Virus record (IMG/VR): IMGVR_UViG_3300044981_000204
Location: 56,022-120,021 of that record
DNA from: a virus
Reading direction: 5' to 3' (one strand)
DNA: 64,000 nucleotides
The position numbers and the translations under genes are program-made. Positions 1-10,315 of this stretch are shown piece after piece. How positions within the stretch are numbered: position 1 is the stretch's first letter; each line of letters opens with the position of its first letter. The notes under the pieces were generated by a model. That model worked only from the letters and a program-made list of their open reading frames with translations, made no database searches and was not told the origin of the DNA.

Positions 1-795
1 GCTACGATCTCGCTGGGTGCGGGATCCTGCGCTGCATCCGGCCTGATGTGGCTCGGGGCGAAATCGGACGGATCGCTCCAACTGGATGCCAACAGCAGCG
101 TCACGTTCTCCAACGTCACTGTCTCAGGCATCACGAAGGTGTCTAACTCCGCGACCACAAACCCCCCCGACCTAAAAGCGCTGTACAAGATCGCGTGCGG
201 CAACAACGCCGTGCCAACCGCGGCCGACCACTTCGACGTTGCCCCATTCACTGATTTTAGGGCCTTCCTCAGCATGCGCAACATTGGCGGGGGAACCTAC
301 GTGATCGCGACCGAGGACGCCTTGGGTAAGGTGACCGTGGACCTAGACCCCACCAAGGCCACCAACCTCATCACCCAAACTTGCGTCATCCGCTTTGGTA
401 AGGACAACGGGTCGGCGCTCGTGACGGGGGACATCCAACCCCAGAAGTCCGACTGTCAAGCCGCTGTTCCGTCCACGGTGAACGTCATCATAGTTAAGGC
501 GAATGCGGGAGCTTCAACGGTCCAACTGGGATATAGGCACTCGACGGGCGGCTCCCCTTCTACTACTAGCTATACTTCTGCTGTGATGACGCCGACCACG
601 GTCACCAACGTAACAGACAAGGTTGTGTGCGCAAATGCGGGCGGCACCTCGATCACGATCGACGGAGTGTCGGTCACGTGCGGCACCCTCGCTACGCAGG
701 TTTGGAACGCTGGGGACTCCATAGAGACGGTCGGTGGTGCGGCGGACGCCACTACCGCAAGGCTCGTCATCTTTGTCCAGTATTCGGTGAACTAG
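1..795 (+). CDS. Virion/tail-associated or surface protein, 5'-truncated by the window edge
   Basis: Frame is open from base 1 to TAG at 793-795; T/S/G/A/V-rich beta-type composition. Confidence 0.55.
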   Translation, partial: ATISLGAGSCAASGLMWLGAKSDGSLQLDANSSVTFSNVTVSGITKVSNSATTNPPDLKALYKIACGNNAVPTAADHFDVAPFTDFRAFLSMRNIGGGTYVIATEDALGKVTVDLDPTKATNLITQTCVIRFGKDNGSALVTGDIQPQKSDCQAAVPSTVNVIIVKANAGASTVQLGYRHSTGGSPSTTSYTSAVMTPTTVTNVTDKVVCANAGGTSITIDGVSVTCGTLATQVWNAGDSIETVGGAADATTARLVIFVQYSVN

Positions 796-3700
796 GTGCA
801 CAAACTAATCCTTCTTATTGCTGTGACTGGGCCCCTTTGGGCGACTAGTCCTCGAAACGTACGCGGCAGTGCCACAGCTCAGCAGTATGTTCTGGACTTC
901 GACGTGGCTGTACCAACAGATGTGCTCACTTGCACTGTGGCGGTCTACGTAGATTCTGCAAGATCTACCATGATTGTTGATTCCAACGCGGCCGTAGAGA
1001 CCAACGCGCAGAAGTGCAACAGGGGGCTTTTGAGGTCCGATCTTTCGTCAATAGTCAGCGGCACGCACGTGCAGTTCATAGTCGGTCGACGGGCGACGAT
1101 GAAGAGCCAAGCAACAAACCTCCTAGCCTCGCTGTCGCTCTCACCCTCAACCCATTACTATGGCACGATTACGTCCGGAGGTGGTTCGGTGAACTTCGAG
1201 TTCGTCACGCTCAACATAGCGACGGGGCACAACTTCCCAGAGCAACCGCTATATGACTCGACGAACACCAACGTCCACGGTCTCCAATACCCTAACATGG
1301 TGGGTGGAGGACTTGTCACTGACCCTGTGACGGGACTGCAGGTTGCAATGGTTCCTAGCGCTCGCAACGACATGGCCAACTCGGGGCCCGTCGCCCTGGG
1401 TACCACGGCGATAGACGTCACGGGGGGCAAGTGGACCAACGTACAGAACTGCGGCACAAACAACTCCTCAACCTGCTCATCCACCGGGGCTGGTGCCACG
1501 GACTACTTGTTCGTGCCGCTTCCGAACATAGCCAATTATTCGGGGTGGAACCCTCAATATGTGGTGCAGGACATAGTCTTCTACATCTACTGCTCATCGC
1601 CCACAACTCAGCAGACTCTTAGGGTTTGGCTCACTCGCGACAGCAGTCAAACGGCAGATAGTGGCAATTTTTTCTCCGCCACGTGCCCCGTAGGATCTAC
1701 GTCAACGACGACGATGTCCGACACAACCAACGGTTACCCACACCCGTGGTTCAGTCAGTGGGCTCCGTCGACTAAGTGGATAAAGCCAGAGGTCGTTCCC
1801 GGGGCGGGGTCAGTCACTACGTCCAGCACCGCAGTAACGCGCGTGTCGGGAGATCCATTCATCACGTCGGTGCCGTCCGGCTCCAAGATCCTGATAAATG
1901 GCTCTTACTACACCATCTCTAGTTTTACCGATAGCTCTCACCTAACCCTGACAGGGTCAGCTGGCACGCAGTCGTCGCCTGTGGCATACCGCATGGCGGC
2001 CTCGGGGCTTCGCATCGCCAACGTGACTGGGACAGACAACGTCACCCTTAGCATCGGCTACAACGCCGCTACCACCACTCAGCCTGGCTACAGCACGTAC
2101 AACGCGGACAAGCCAACCTGCAACCTTAATAGCACTTCGATCACCCACGACGCGTCAGGAGCCCCGATACCTGCTACCCCCGGGTACCTATGCTCGGACC
2201 TCGAAGGTTCCGTGTACCTGTACGTGCCGCAGAACGCAGACGGAACGGCGCGCCTCGAGATGCGGCCCCTCTCGCGCCTGACGTTCACGCCCGGGAGCCA
2301 CGTCGATATGAATGGCGACGGAGCAAACCCGTTTGGGAACGGCACCAACGTGCTGTTTGGCGGGTGGGATTCGACCGACCCCCTAACGCTGTACGGTTGG
2401 GTAGCTTACTACGGAGGTCGGCCAATAGTGAGGGCCCACTACGACACTACGATCAGTTCGGACTGCGCGAACTTCAAGGCTTATTCCAGTGGTCCTGCCA
2501 ACGGATTCTCCGTCGGGTTGATCAACCCAGACTGCTTCTTGTACACGGTCATTACGCCAGCTCTTTCCATCCCTAGCAAGGCCGGCCGCTCCCAGGTGAT
2601 AGCCGCCTATCCCACCGGCATCAACCAGTTGGGCCAGCAGGTTGGTGCCGCCCACCCGATCATGGGGGACGTTGGTTGGTTCCTCTACTTCGGCGACGGG
2701 TCGGGACTTGGCGTGGTTGGTTCCGCGGGGTGCATGCCGATGTTTTCGGAGACCGAGGGATTCAGCCTCAACGCGTGCTTCGACCTCAACACAGGGGTGC
2801 TCAAATCCTTGGTAGATAGCTTCAGCACGTGGCCGGCGATCGGCGGGGGTTCGCACGGGTGGAACGCACTAGCGGTCGGGGGGCTCACTTGGACCGAGGG
2901 AGGAGACCCTCCGGTGTTCGACGGATACAACCCCCTCATCCCGTTCAATCGACCCTTTCAAGCTGCCGTCTCACAGGTGAACCTAGCCGGCTTCGGCAGC
3001 CCCCCGAGCTGGACGTCCACCACCACGCTCCCATCCACCACTCAGCTAACATGCCCCCCGTTCACCGACCCAAAGGTCGCCACCTACTTTGGTGCGTACT
3101 CCGGCACCAACAACTGCGTACAGGTCCGCCTCAGCAGTCCCCTGTGCTCCCACGTTCCAGCGCCTAATGCTTCAGGTGGGGGGTATGACTTCGCGGGCGG
3201 AAAGTCAGAATCGCAAGCTTACCCGTGCAGCACTCCCGGGTTCGGGGTGTCCTCCTCGTCCCCTGACGCTACTGGGTGGTCCAAGTTGTGGGACATCTTC
3301 CCAGGCATGTGGCTTTGGGACATGGTTGGGACTCCCACCACCGGCGATAAGTATGGTGAAAACTTCGTCGTGGCAGCGGCGCCAACGTATAACGCAGCTA
3401 ACAGCATCGACGTGTGGCTTCTGCGGTCGGTGAAGGCGAAGTACATGGTGCCTCGCAACGGGCCCACTCAGACTGATCCAGTCTGCGACGACTCGGGCGC
3501 GTCCTACGCCAACCACGCCAACGGTTGGACCCTGTCAGTCTTTCCGCCGTTCGCCTGCGGCTTCGTGGGTTACTGGTACGACGTAAACGATCCAACAGCT
3601 CAGATGTTCTGGGGAAATACCCAAACTGGGCACGGGGTCATAGGCAATGGGTCCGTAGCCAACACGTTCACGGCCATAAGCTATGGCAATAACGGGTACT

Positions 3701-4881
3701 ACTACGAGGTCCCGAACCAACCAGCGGGGGCGGACCCGAACGGGTTCATCAACGCCATCCCTGGCACGTTCATACCTACGGTGGTGAAGTTTTCTAACTA
3801 CTCGGGAACGTTCAATGGGTCGAGCATAGGCGGCACACAGTCCTATGGCAACATGACCTCGGCCACCACAGTGGCGGGGCCAAACGACAGGAAGTTCATC
3901 GACAATCGCGCGATCAACCCGACCCTAGGCATACTTGCTGAGGTTACTTCGGCTTCGGGTTGCTTCACCCCCCCGGGAGCGGCGGCACTACCAGCACCGC
4001 TTGCCGGAACGTCTCAGACGTACCTCTTGGCCGACGCCACGTCGACGGTGGCCCCCACCGACCCGCACAAGAGCACATTGACGGGTTGGGCTGGGTCGCA
4101 CTACCTCAAGGACTACTCCAGCCCGGCGACGGGAAACGTTTTTGGCGACGCTCAGTCGTTCGGTTACTGCTTAGCTTGGCAGGCGGGGGAGTGTAGGTCC
4201 GGTTCGTCTGCTGGCAGCGCATATGTCAGCGTGCCCCTAGCCGAGAGTCCGAACTCGTGCATGCAGTCGGACCAAAACTCGATGGCGGTGCCGGGGTTGT
4301 TCAACCTTGCGTCGATCGCCGGACAAACCCTTCAAGCTGACCCGTATGCGTTCGACCCAAACCAGTTATTTGCTAGGAAGCTCGGGTTCGGGCTCAGGGC
4401 TCCCGGGATGCAGTACTCGTATCAGCACACGTGGGGCATGCCCGATGGCAAGGCCATAATGGGGAGGGTGGACTGGGCCGATGGCGTGGTGTCGGGACTA
4501 TATTTGGCCGGAATACCTTCGTGGCCGAACCCGAGCAGTTCTACCTCTGGAGACTACCAAAAATATGAGATCTCCCTAGGACCTGGTCCGTCGGGATCTA
4601 ACGCTAGAGCCTTGTTGGGGTACGACGAGGATGGTTCGACGCCCTCTGCTCTGTACTGCGCGTCGAGGAAGGATGCTTGCTCAACTGAGGCGACAGGATC
4701 CAACCCCTTCGCCTTCATTGGTACGTCGGGGGAAAGAACACTCGAGGCGTGCGCCGGAGGGTGCACGCTCACCGTGCCCATCATACCGGGTAGGGTGGCA
4801 TACTATCAGGTCCAGAGACTGGATGCCTCCGGGGTTTTGGTACTTTCCTCGGGCCCCATCACGGCCGTTGCCGCGCCGTAG
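796..4881 (+). CDS. Large Cys/Gly/Ser/Thr-rich beta protein with N-terminal signal peptide (tail fibre/adhesin-like or secreted)
   Basis: 1361 aa; MHKLILLIAVTGPLWA resembles a Sec signal; internal tail-fibre-like segment (GSVTTSSTAVT...ILINGSYYTISSFTDSSHLTLT); many Cys. Confidence 0.6.
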   Translation: MHKLILLIAVTGPLWATSPRNVRGSATAQQYVLDFDVAVPTDVLTCTVAVYVDSARSTMIVDSNAAVETNAQKCNRGLLRSDLSSIVSGTHVQFIVGRRATMKSQATNLLASLSLSPSTHYYGTITSGGGSVNFEFVTLNIATGHNFPEQPLYDSTNTNVHGLQYPNMVGGGLVTDPVTGLQVAMVPSARNDMANSGPVALGTTAIDVTGGKWTNVQNCGTNNSSTCSSTGAGATDYLFVPLPNIANYSGWNPQYVVQDIVFYIYCSSPTTQQTLRVWLTRDSSQTADSGNFFSATCPVGSTSTTTMSDTTNGYPHPWFSQWAPSTKWIKPEVVPGAGSVTTSSTAVTRVSGDPFITSVPSGSKILINGSYYTISSFTDSSHLTLTGSAGTQSSPVAYRMAASGLRIANVTGTDNVTLSIGYNAATTTQPGYSTYNADKPTCNLNSTSITHDASGAPIPATPGYLCSDLEGSVYLYVPQNADGTARLEMRPLSRLTFTPGSHVDMNGDGANPFGNGTNVLFGGWDSTDPLTLYGWVAYYGGRPIVRAHYDTTISSDCANFKAYSSGPANGFSVGLINPDCFLYTVITPALSIPSKAGRSQVIAAYPTGINQLGQQVGAAHPIMGDVGWFLYFGDGSGLGVVGSAGCMPMFSETEGFSLNACFDLNTGVLKSLVDSFSTWPAIGGGSHGWNALAVGGLTWTEGGDPPVFDGYNPLIPFNRPFQAAVSQVNLAGFGSPPSWTSTTTLPSTTQLTCPPFTDPKVATYFGAYSGTNNCVQVRLSSPLCSHVPAPNASGGGYDFAGGKSESQAYPCSTPGFGVSSSSPDATGWSKLWDIFPGMWLWDMVGTPTTGDKYGENFVVAAAPTYNAANSIDVWLLRSVKAKYMVPRNGPTQTDPVCDDSGASYANHANGWTLSVFPPFACGFVGYWYDVNDPTAQMFWGNTQTGHGVIGNGSVANTFTAISYGNNGYYYEVPNQPAGADPNGFINAIPGTFIPTVVKFSNYSGTFNGSSIGGTQSYGNMTSATTVAGPNDRKFIDNRAINPTLGILAEVTSASGCFTPPGAAALPAPLAGTSQTYLLADATSTVAPTDPHKSTLTGWAGSHYLKDYSSPATGNVFGDAQSFGYCLAWQAGECRSGSSAGSAYVSVPLAESPNSCMQSDQNSMAVPGLFNLASIAGQTLQADPYAFDPNQLFARKLGFGLRAPGMQYSYQHTWGMPDGKAIMGRVDWADGVVSGLYLAGIPSWPNPSSSTSGDYQKYEISLGPGPSGSNARALLGYDEDGSTPSALYCASRKDACSTEATGSNPFAFIGTSGERTLEACAGGCTLTVPIIPGRVAYYQVQRLDASGVLVLSSGPITAVAAP

Positions 4882-4915
4882 TTTGCCGTATGTTGCCGCG
4901 CGCCCCAATGGCCCG

Positions 4916-4944
4916 TTCACTTCCCACAAACTTTGCGCTATAAT
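4916..4944 (+). promoter_or_regulatory. Sigma70-type promoter
   Basis: TTCACT-17 nt-TATAAT, followed by GGAGG and the GTG start at 4963. Confidence 0.65.
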
Positions 4945-4962
4945 GGTGCTGGAGGAACCTAA

Positions 4963-5778
4963 GTGTCGACCCAATCTCCAACGCTAAGTACAAAAGACCC
5001 GCAACTACTCAACAAGGTGTTGGCGCTGTACCCAGCGCCGCAGCTCCCAGACCTATCGCAGACCATCAAGGTCTCAAACCCCAAGGAGGGAGGCGAACTA
5101 ACCCCCGAGATGTCCCAGTTCGTGGACTCAAACGGGCCTGGTTCTGCCATATTCAACCAGAACTTCAACCAGGCTGTGGAGTACGAGATGCGGGTCCCCA
5201 ACTCACAAGCTTACGACGACTTCAACAATAGGCTGCACCAGTGGTGGTCGTCCTTGAACACCGACCACTCGCAGTTCTTCCCGAATCCCCCGCGGTACAA
5301 GGTGCTTGATCCCGCCCAGTACGTGCAGTGGTGGTCGCTGCTGCTCAGCAACATCACGCAGAACTTCATGGGGGCCGGGATACCCGACGTGAATCCGCCG
5401 CACTTCTACCTAGTCGATGCTCCCACGCCTGTTGTTCCCACTATTTCCGATTCTCCTGCTGTTCCAGCCGCCTCGGCGTCATCGCCGGTAGGAAATTACA
5501 TCGGCTCCGGACTCTGGGCGGCCACGGACATGGCCCGCCTATTTCCCGACGGCGAGCCGTGGCCGGCCCCTGACCAGAACTCACCCACTGGCTGGTTGAA
5601 GCTAGTCTCGTACGTGTCGCCGTTTACCTTAGCCGTCGGCGTCCAGTACTGGGAGGTGGGGCCCGCGCCAGCATCAGCGACCACGGCCGCTAGCCTACAG
5701 GCGGCGCTGCAGAACGTGTTGAATACCGCGCCAAAATCGGCTCCGGACGCCGTCAAGTCGGCTTTGACGACCACTTAG
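4963..5778 (+). CDS. Hypothetical protein
   Basis: 271-aa ORF with own promoter and SD. Confidence 0.7.
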   Translation: MSTQSPTLSTKDPQLLNKVLALYPAPQLPDLSQTIKVSNPKEGGELTPEMSQFVDSNGPGSAIFNQNFNQAVEYEMRVPNSQAYDDFNNRLHQWWSSLNTDHSQFFPNPPRYKVLDPAQYVQWWSLLLSNITQNFMGAGIPDVNPPHFYLVDAPTPVVPTISDSPAVPAASASSPVGNYIGSGLWAATDMARLFPDGEPWPAPDQNSPTGWLKLVSYVSPFTLAVGVQYWEVGPAPASATTAASLQAALQNVLNTAPKSAPDAVKSALTTT

Positions 5779-5798
5779 TCGGCGCAGAGGAATCCTGC

Positions 5799-6476
5799 AT
5801 GATTAGGCCAATGATCTTGTTGCTTGCGCCGTTGGCCCTAGCGGTGTCGCAGCCCACGGTGCAGCCCGGTGGCGTTCGCCATGTGACCGTCTCATTCAGC
5901 GCCCAGGGGGCGTTGGGGTCCTCCCTCACCGGGTTGAGCTTCACGGGCTATAGTGCCACGGTGTGCAGTGCAGATGGCCAGGGCATCGACGTGGGCGGTG
6001 GGAGGGTTTGGCAGGCGGCTGAGTCCTTGGGGTTGAGGCTCGTCACGCCCCACGTTGCCTCTCTAGCCGCAACACAAGCTAAGGCCAGATCAAAGTGGCA
6101 GATAATGGCCGTGTTGGGTGCTGAGCTGATGTTCGACATGGCCGTAGTAGCTGGCGCAGACATCGTTCACGTGAACCCTGCTAAGGTCGTTGGCAAGGTT
6201 TGGCGAATCACCCCAATCATCCTCAATAAGAAGCTGGGGGATTGGAACGCTCAGCAGGCCCTGGTCCACCCGGACCTGGTCTCATCCTTCGGAGACCTTG
6301 CCCTGTACCCGGACCACATCATCAGCGTGTCGTCCGGCGGAAACTGCCCACAGAGGCTGTTCCTCGCATCTTCGGGAGGACCGGATGGTGGCTCGGTGGA
6401 TCTGCAGATAGCTGTGCTGCCACCAGCAGTGGTGTTCGCCCCCACCCCACAAGCTGCTCCCGTTCTCGGGAAATAG
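5799..6476 (+). CDS. Hypothetical exported protein
   Basis: SD GAGG; MIRPMILLLAPLALA signal-peptide-like N-terminus. Confidence 0.6.
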   Translation: MIRPMILLLAPLALAVSQPTVQPGGVRHVTVSFSAQGALGSSLTGLSFTGYSATVCSADGQGIDVGGGRVWQAAESLGLRLVTPHVASLAATQAKARSKWQIMAVLGAELMFDMAVVAGADIVHVNPAKVVGKVWRITPIILNKKLGDWNAQQALVHPDLVSSFGDLALYPDHIISVSSGGNCPQRLFLASSGGPDGGSVDLQIAVLPPAVVFAPTPQAAPVLGK

Positions 6477-6600
6477 TTCGCCGAGATTTCTCAACAAAAA
6501 TTGACATAGTATATATCAATTTCAATTGGTTGGTTTCGGAAGGATATTCCTCTCATTCGGAGGGAATGGCCCAAGTTGACGTCCCTTGTCACCCGGCCCG

Positions 6601-8088
6601 TCAATTTTGGGTGCCCTGGGCCGACACCCCCAGCAACCACTGCCAGTTAGAAGCCACCACATCGTCGGACAGCTTCTTCTTTGCCTTGAGCACCCGGATT
6701 ATCTTATCATCGACTGTGCCCCGGCAGCGTAGGTCGACGTAGACGACCGACTTAGTTTGCCCGATTCGGTGCGACCGATCCTCGCTCTGAGACCTGTGCT
6801 CTAGGTTGTAGCTATTAGAGTAGTACACCACTAGCTCTGGCTCGATCCACGTGTTTCCGAATTTTCCGGTGTCGGGGTTGGCGACTATCCACCGCACTGG
6901 TGAGCTAGGATCTTGGATGTTTCGCGTGGCCTCGCGCCTCTCGTCCTTGGTGGTCTCGCCGTAGTAGTGGGAGACCGAATCTGCCCCAAATTTTTCTGAT
7001 ATTGCTGCAACTATCTGCCTGATGTTGTACCTGTAGGTCGCCCATATGATGGCCTTTCCACGGCATTGTGTGAGCAGTTCCATCAGTTGCTCCATCCGGT
7101 CGTTCGGTTCCCCGAACGGCACCTCGTCCATGTGGTCCGGCTTTATGAAGCCGCAGCTAATTTGATGGAGCCTCAGCAACTGCGTCATGACCATGTTGGC
7201 GGTCACGTTCTGGGACTCGCTCAGCTGGATGAAGGCGTCCTCGCGCATCCTGCAGTAGGCTTCAGCCTGACGTGGGCCCATCTCGACGTCGATGCTCTGG
7301 TAGATCTTTGGGGGGAGGTCGAGGCAGTCCTCCTTCTTTACGATGAATGAGAACTGACCCATAAGCCGCTTCAATGTGTCGAGGTCGCGATACCCGACGA
7401 CGTGCTTGAATGATCGATTGCCGAACTTTTGGTCTTGCATCACCGCGAAGCGGTTGCGGAACGAGAAGTAGTTTCCGTACCCCAGTATGTTGTGCCTGAG
7501 GAACTCGGCCTGACTATATAGGTCGAGCGGGCCATTTGGCATCGGGTTGCCGGAGCACACTCGACGGTACTCAGCATACTTTCCCACGTTCGTGAGGATC
7601 TTAGTGCGCTTGGCGCTGGGGTTCTTGATGGTCGTCGACTCATCCACCGTGAGCATGCATGGGTACCGCTTCATGAAGGCCACGACCTCGTCCACGGCCC
7701 TCTCGCTGTTCATGGCCTCGACGTTGACGACGAGGGTCCTGAGGAAGTCGCCCTCCTCGTGGAGGTTCTTTAGGGATTTCTGCTCCTCCTTGTTGGCGTA
7801 CGAGGACCAGTACGCCACCTTGGTTGGCACGGCCTCGGAGGTGTGGGCGGGAATCTGTTCTTCGGGCCAGCATAGGTACATACCCTTCGGGGCAACAACC
7901 ACGCTCCCCCTGATCTTCCTGTTTAGGTAGAGGTGGCCAGCCGTGTCGATGACGACCTTCGACTTCCCCGTCCCCTGGTCCATGAACAGAGCAAATGCAA
8001 GCCTGTCCCTGGATAGCCTCCAGGCATCGAGCTGGTGCTTGTAGGGTTTGGTCTTGAACGGGTACTCGGTGTAGGTTACCTCACCCAT
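6601..8088 (-). CDS. SNF2-family helicase
   Basis: MDQGTGKS Walker A, VDEST motif II, SGNP motif III, QSEDRSHRIGQ motif VI. Confidence 0.92.
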   Translation of the reverse strand: MGEVTYTEYPFKTKPYKHQLDAWRLSRDRLAFALFMDQGTGKSKVVIDTAGHLYLNRKIRGSVVVAPKGMYLCWPEEQIPAHTSEAVPTKVAYWSSYANKEEQKSLKNLHEEGDFLRTLVVNVEAMNSERAVDEVVAFMKRYPCMLTVDESTTIKNPSAKRTKILTNVGKYAEYRRVCSGNPMPNGPLDLYSQAEFLRHNILGYGNYFSFRNRFAVMQDQKFGNRSFKHVVGYRDLDTLKRLMGQFSFIVKKEDCLDLPPKIYQSIDVEMGPRQAEAYCRMREDAFIQLSESQNVTANMVMTQLLRLHQISCGFIKPDHMDEVPFGEPNDRMEQLMELLTQCRGKAIIWATYRYNIRQIVAAISEKFGADSVSHYYGETTKDERREATRNIQDPSSPVRWIVANPDTGKFGNTWIEPELVVYYSNSYNLEHRSQSEDRSHRIGQTKSVVYVDLRCRGTVDDKIIRVLKAKKKLSDDVVASNWQWLLGVSAQGTQN

Positions 8089-8089
8089 G

Positions 8090-8311
8090 CTACTCGATAC
8101 TCCTCGTGAACTCCTCCACGAATTCTTCCAGCAGCACGTCCTCTATGAGCTGTCCACGCGTCATTCCCCTTAGTTCGCGATAGACCGACGATCGTGTCAT
8201 TGAGTCTCCCTCGGCCAAGCATAGGCGGAGCTCGTACATGGTGCTGTCGCCCAACTCCTTAGCGCGTTCGGCGATGGCGTAGACTAGGGAGTTGGAGTCA
8301 GTGTGCTTCAT
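8090..8311 (-). CDS. Hypothetical protein
   Basis: Tightly packed ORF; likely start MKHTDS. Confidence 0.55.
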   Translation of the reverse strand: MKHTDSNSLVYAIAERAKELGDSTMYELRLCLAEGDSMTRSSVYRELRGMTRGQLIEDVLLEEFVEEFTRSIE

Positions 8312-8594
8312 GTTGGTACTTGAGCCTCCTAACATGCTGCTCAAGCGTTTCACCTTCCGACAAGCGGTCGAAGCAGTCGTCCAATAGTTCCACCACCCCG
8401 TGCCTAATGGCTAGGTGCGTGAGGCCTACCGAGGTGGTGACCTTAGTCTTCTTCATGAGGTTGAACTTGTGTGCCTCGGCGGTCTTGATGGAGCAACCAA
8501 TGATGGCCGATATCTCCTTCACGGTGTGGCCGAGGGCGGTATATGCCAACACCTCTAATTCGCGCGCTGTCAAGGTAATCGACTTATGGCCCAT
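8298..8594 (-). CDS. LuxR/GerE-type HTH regulator
   Basis: LTARELEVL...GHTVKEIS...SIKTAEAHKFNLMKK signature. Confidence 0.88.
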   Translation of the reverse strand: MGHKSITLTARELEVLAYTALGHTVKEISAIIGCSIKTAEAHKFNLMKKTKVTTSVGLTHLAIRHGVVELLDDCFDRLSEGETLEQHVRRLKYQHEAH

Positions 8595-8613
8595 GGTCTA
8601 ATTGTACCTCCCA

Positions 8614-10122
8614 CTACAGCTCGAAGTGCAGGTCCGTCCTCGGAGAAACAACTTGGAGGGTCTCTATGCAGCGAGTGGTCCCCACATACCAGACCCTTAA
8701 CTCATCGTCCAGGGACTGCTCCATGTTCTTGAAGCACCGTAGCGACATATCAGTAAGTAGTAGGACATTTTCTGCTTGTCCACCCTTGGCGCTATGGATG
8801 GTGGATATCGATATTCGGGGGGTGGATAGTAGCTTTTCGCCCCTTCGCCTAACAGCTAAGAAGTAGTCCCTTTCTACGGGCGAGATTTTGGAGAGGGACT
8901 CATGCCATATGGCGGTGGTCCCAAGGCCCAGCCCCTGGAGCTCCACTATTCCGTACTGCCTAGACTCCTCGTCCGACCTTAGCTTTGACACTAGTGCAGG
9001 AGTAACCCACCTTCCGTCCACATACTTGAGGCACGCCAGCACCTGCTCGGCCGAGCAGTCCCTGCCCCGCCTAAGATCCTCCCACGTCCTTATGGCCTTG
9101 AGGGTAGGCGACTTGAGGGGATCTCGGTTGATCGAGTTGAAGCTAAATCCTTGTTGGAGGCAATAGTTTTCTAGTTCAGTCAGTAGGTAGCCGTTGCGCG
9201 CAAGCAACATCCAGGTTCCGGACGACAGGTCCACGTCCCCCACGTCACTGTGCCAGTGGATCGCCCCCTCCTCGGGCCTCGGCTTGAACGACTGGGGGCG
9301 CTTGTGCTGCATCTTGGCTGCTATCGACTCGGCTAGTCGGTGCACTGACGCTGGTATCCTCCAGCTCTGATCGAGTTGGATCTGCTCCCCCTTCAGGTAT
9401 ATGAACGCGTCGACGTTCGCACCACTCCATGAGTATATGGCCTGTCTATCGTCTCCCCCCACAATCGTATGTGCCGAGTTGGAGGCCAACATTTCCACCG
9501 CCCTCCACTGCAGGGAGCTCGTGTCTTGAACCTCGTCGACCACTAGTAGGTCTAGCTTGGGCAGCGAACTTAGGGGAGACATGATGAACTGCTCAATCAT
9601 GTCCGTGTAGTCCCTAACCCCCCTCGACCTCTTATACGCAACCAGCGACCTAGAGAACCTCTCCAACTCGAACCAATCTATGTCCTCGCTGGCCCTCTCC
9701 CATGTCGTTCTTAGCGGCTCTAGGCGATTTCTCGCTAAACCGTCCAAGAACATCATGCGGTCGGCCGCTCCCATGCCGTAAACCTCGTCGTCCGAGGCCC
9801 CCTTCCCGTGGAACTCCATCCCTAGCATCTTACCCAACTCGTTGGTGTGCTGCCACGAGAAAGTCCTGTCCCGCGACATCCCAAGGTGTCGGAACGCAAA
9901 CGAGTGCCAGGTCCTGAAGTGCGGGAAGTCGTCCTCCGGAAGGGAGAACCTAACAGATGCACGCTGGCGGGCTTCCTCAACTGCCTTCTTGGTGAATGAT
10001 GTGTAGCCTATCCTGTGGGGCTTGATCCCGGAGGCCAGGGCCTGCTCCACGTATCCCAGCAGCCTAGTGGTTTTACCGGACCCAGGTCCCCCCACCACGA
10101 CGGTCGTCCTACTTGGGTCCAC
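8614..10122 (-). CDS. UvrD/Rep-like SF1 helicase
   Basis: GGPGSGKTT, RTWHSF, VVDEVQD, GDDRQAIY, STIHSAKGGQ, YVGTTR. Confidence 0.92.
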   Translation of the reverse strand: MDPSRTTVVVGGPGSGKTTRLLGYVEQALASGIKPHRIGYTSFTKKAVEEARQRASVRFSLPEDDFPHFRTWHSFAFRHLGMSRDRTFSWQHTNELGKMLGMEFHGKGASDDEVYGMGAADRMMFLDGLARNRLEPLRTTWERASEDIDWFELERFSRSLVAYKRSRGVRDYTDMIEQFIMSPLSSLPKLDLLVVDEVQDTSSLQWRAVEMLASNSAHTIVGGDDRQAIYSWSGANVDAFIYLKGEQIQLDQSWRIPASVHRLAESIAAKMQHKRPQSFKPRPEEGAIHWHSDVGDVDLSSGTWMLLARNGYLLTELENYCLQQGFSFNSINRDPLKSPTLKAIRTWEDLRRGRDCSAEQVLACLKYVDGRWVTPALVSKLRSDEESRQYGIVELQGLGLGTTAIWHESLSKISPVERDYFLAVRRRGEKLLSTPRISISTIHSAKGGQAENVLLLTDMSLRCFKNMEQSLDDELRVWYVGTTRCIETLQVVSPRTDLHFEL

Positions 10123-10315
10123 GGTCCTTTTCCTTCCTAGACGCGTTCCACTCGCCGTTGACTATCTTGCATATGGTAGACTTGCAAACGTCGAAGTGCC
10201 TCGCCGTGCTGGCCAAGCCGTGCTTCTTCCTGTATTGCTTTATGAGGTCGCGGAGGCCGCGGGTCTTGCCGTAGGTCCTCATGTGTGGCTTGCGCTCGTA
10301 TATGCCCCTGGGCAT
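10109..10315 (-). CDS. Small basic HTH DNA-binding protein
   Basis: LASTARHFDVCKSTICKIVNG helix-turn-helix pattern. Confidence 0.6.
   Translation of the reverse strand: MPRGIYERKPHMRTYGKTRGLRDLIKQYRKKHGLASTARHFDVCKSTICKIVNGEWNASRKEKDRGPK

Noticed and set aside
6499-6526. dif site
   Set aside because: XerD-like arm (AATTGACATAG) is present but there is no convincing XerC arm
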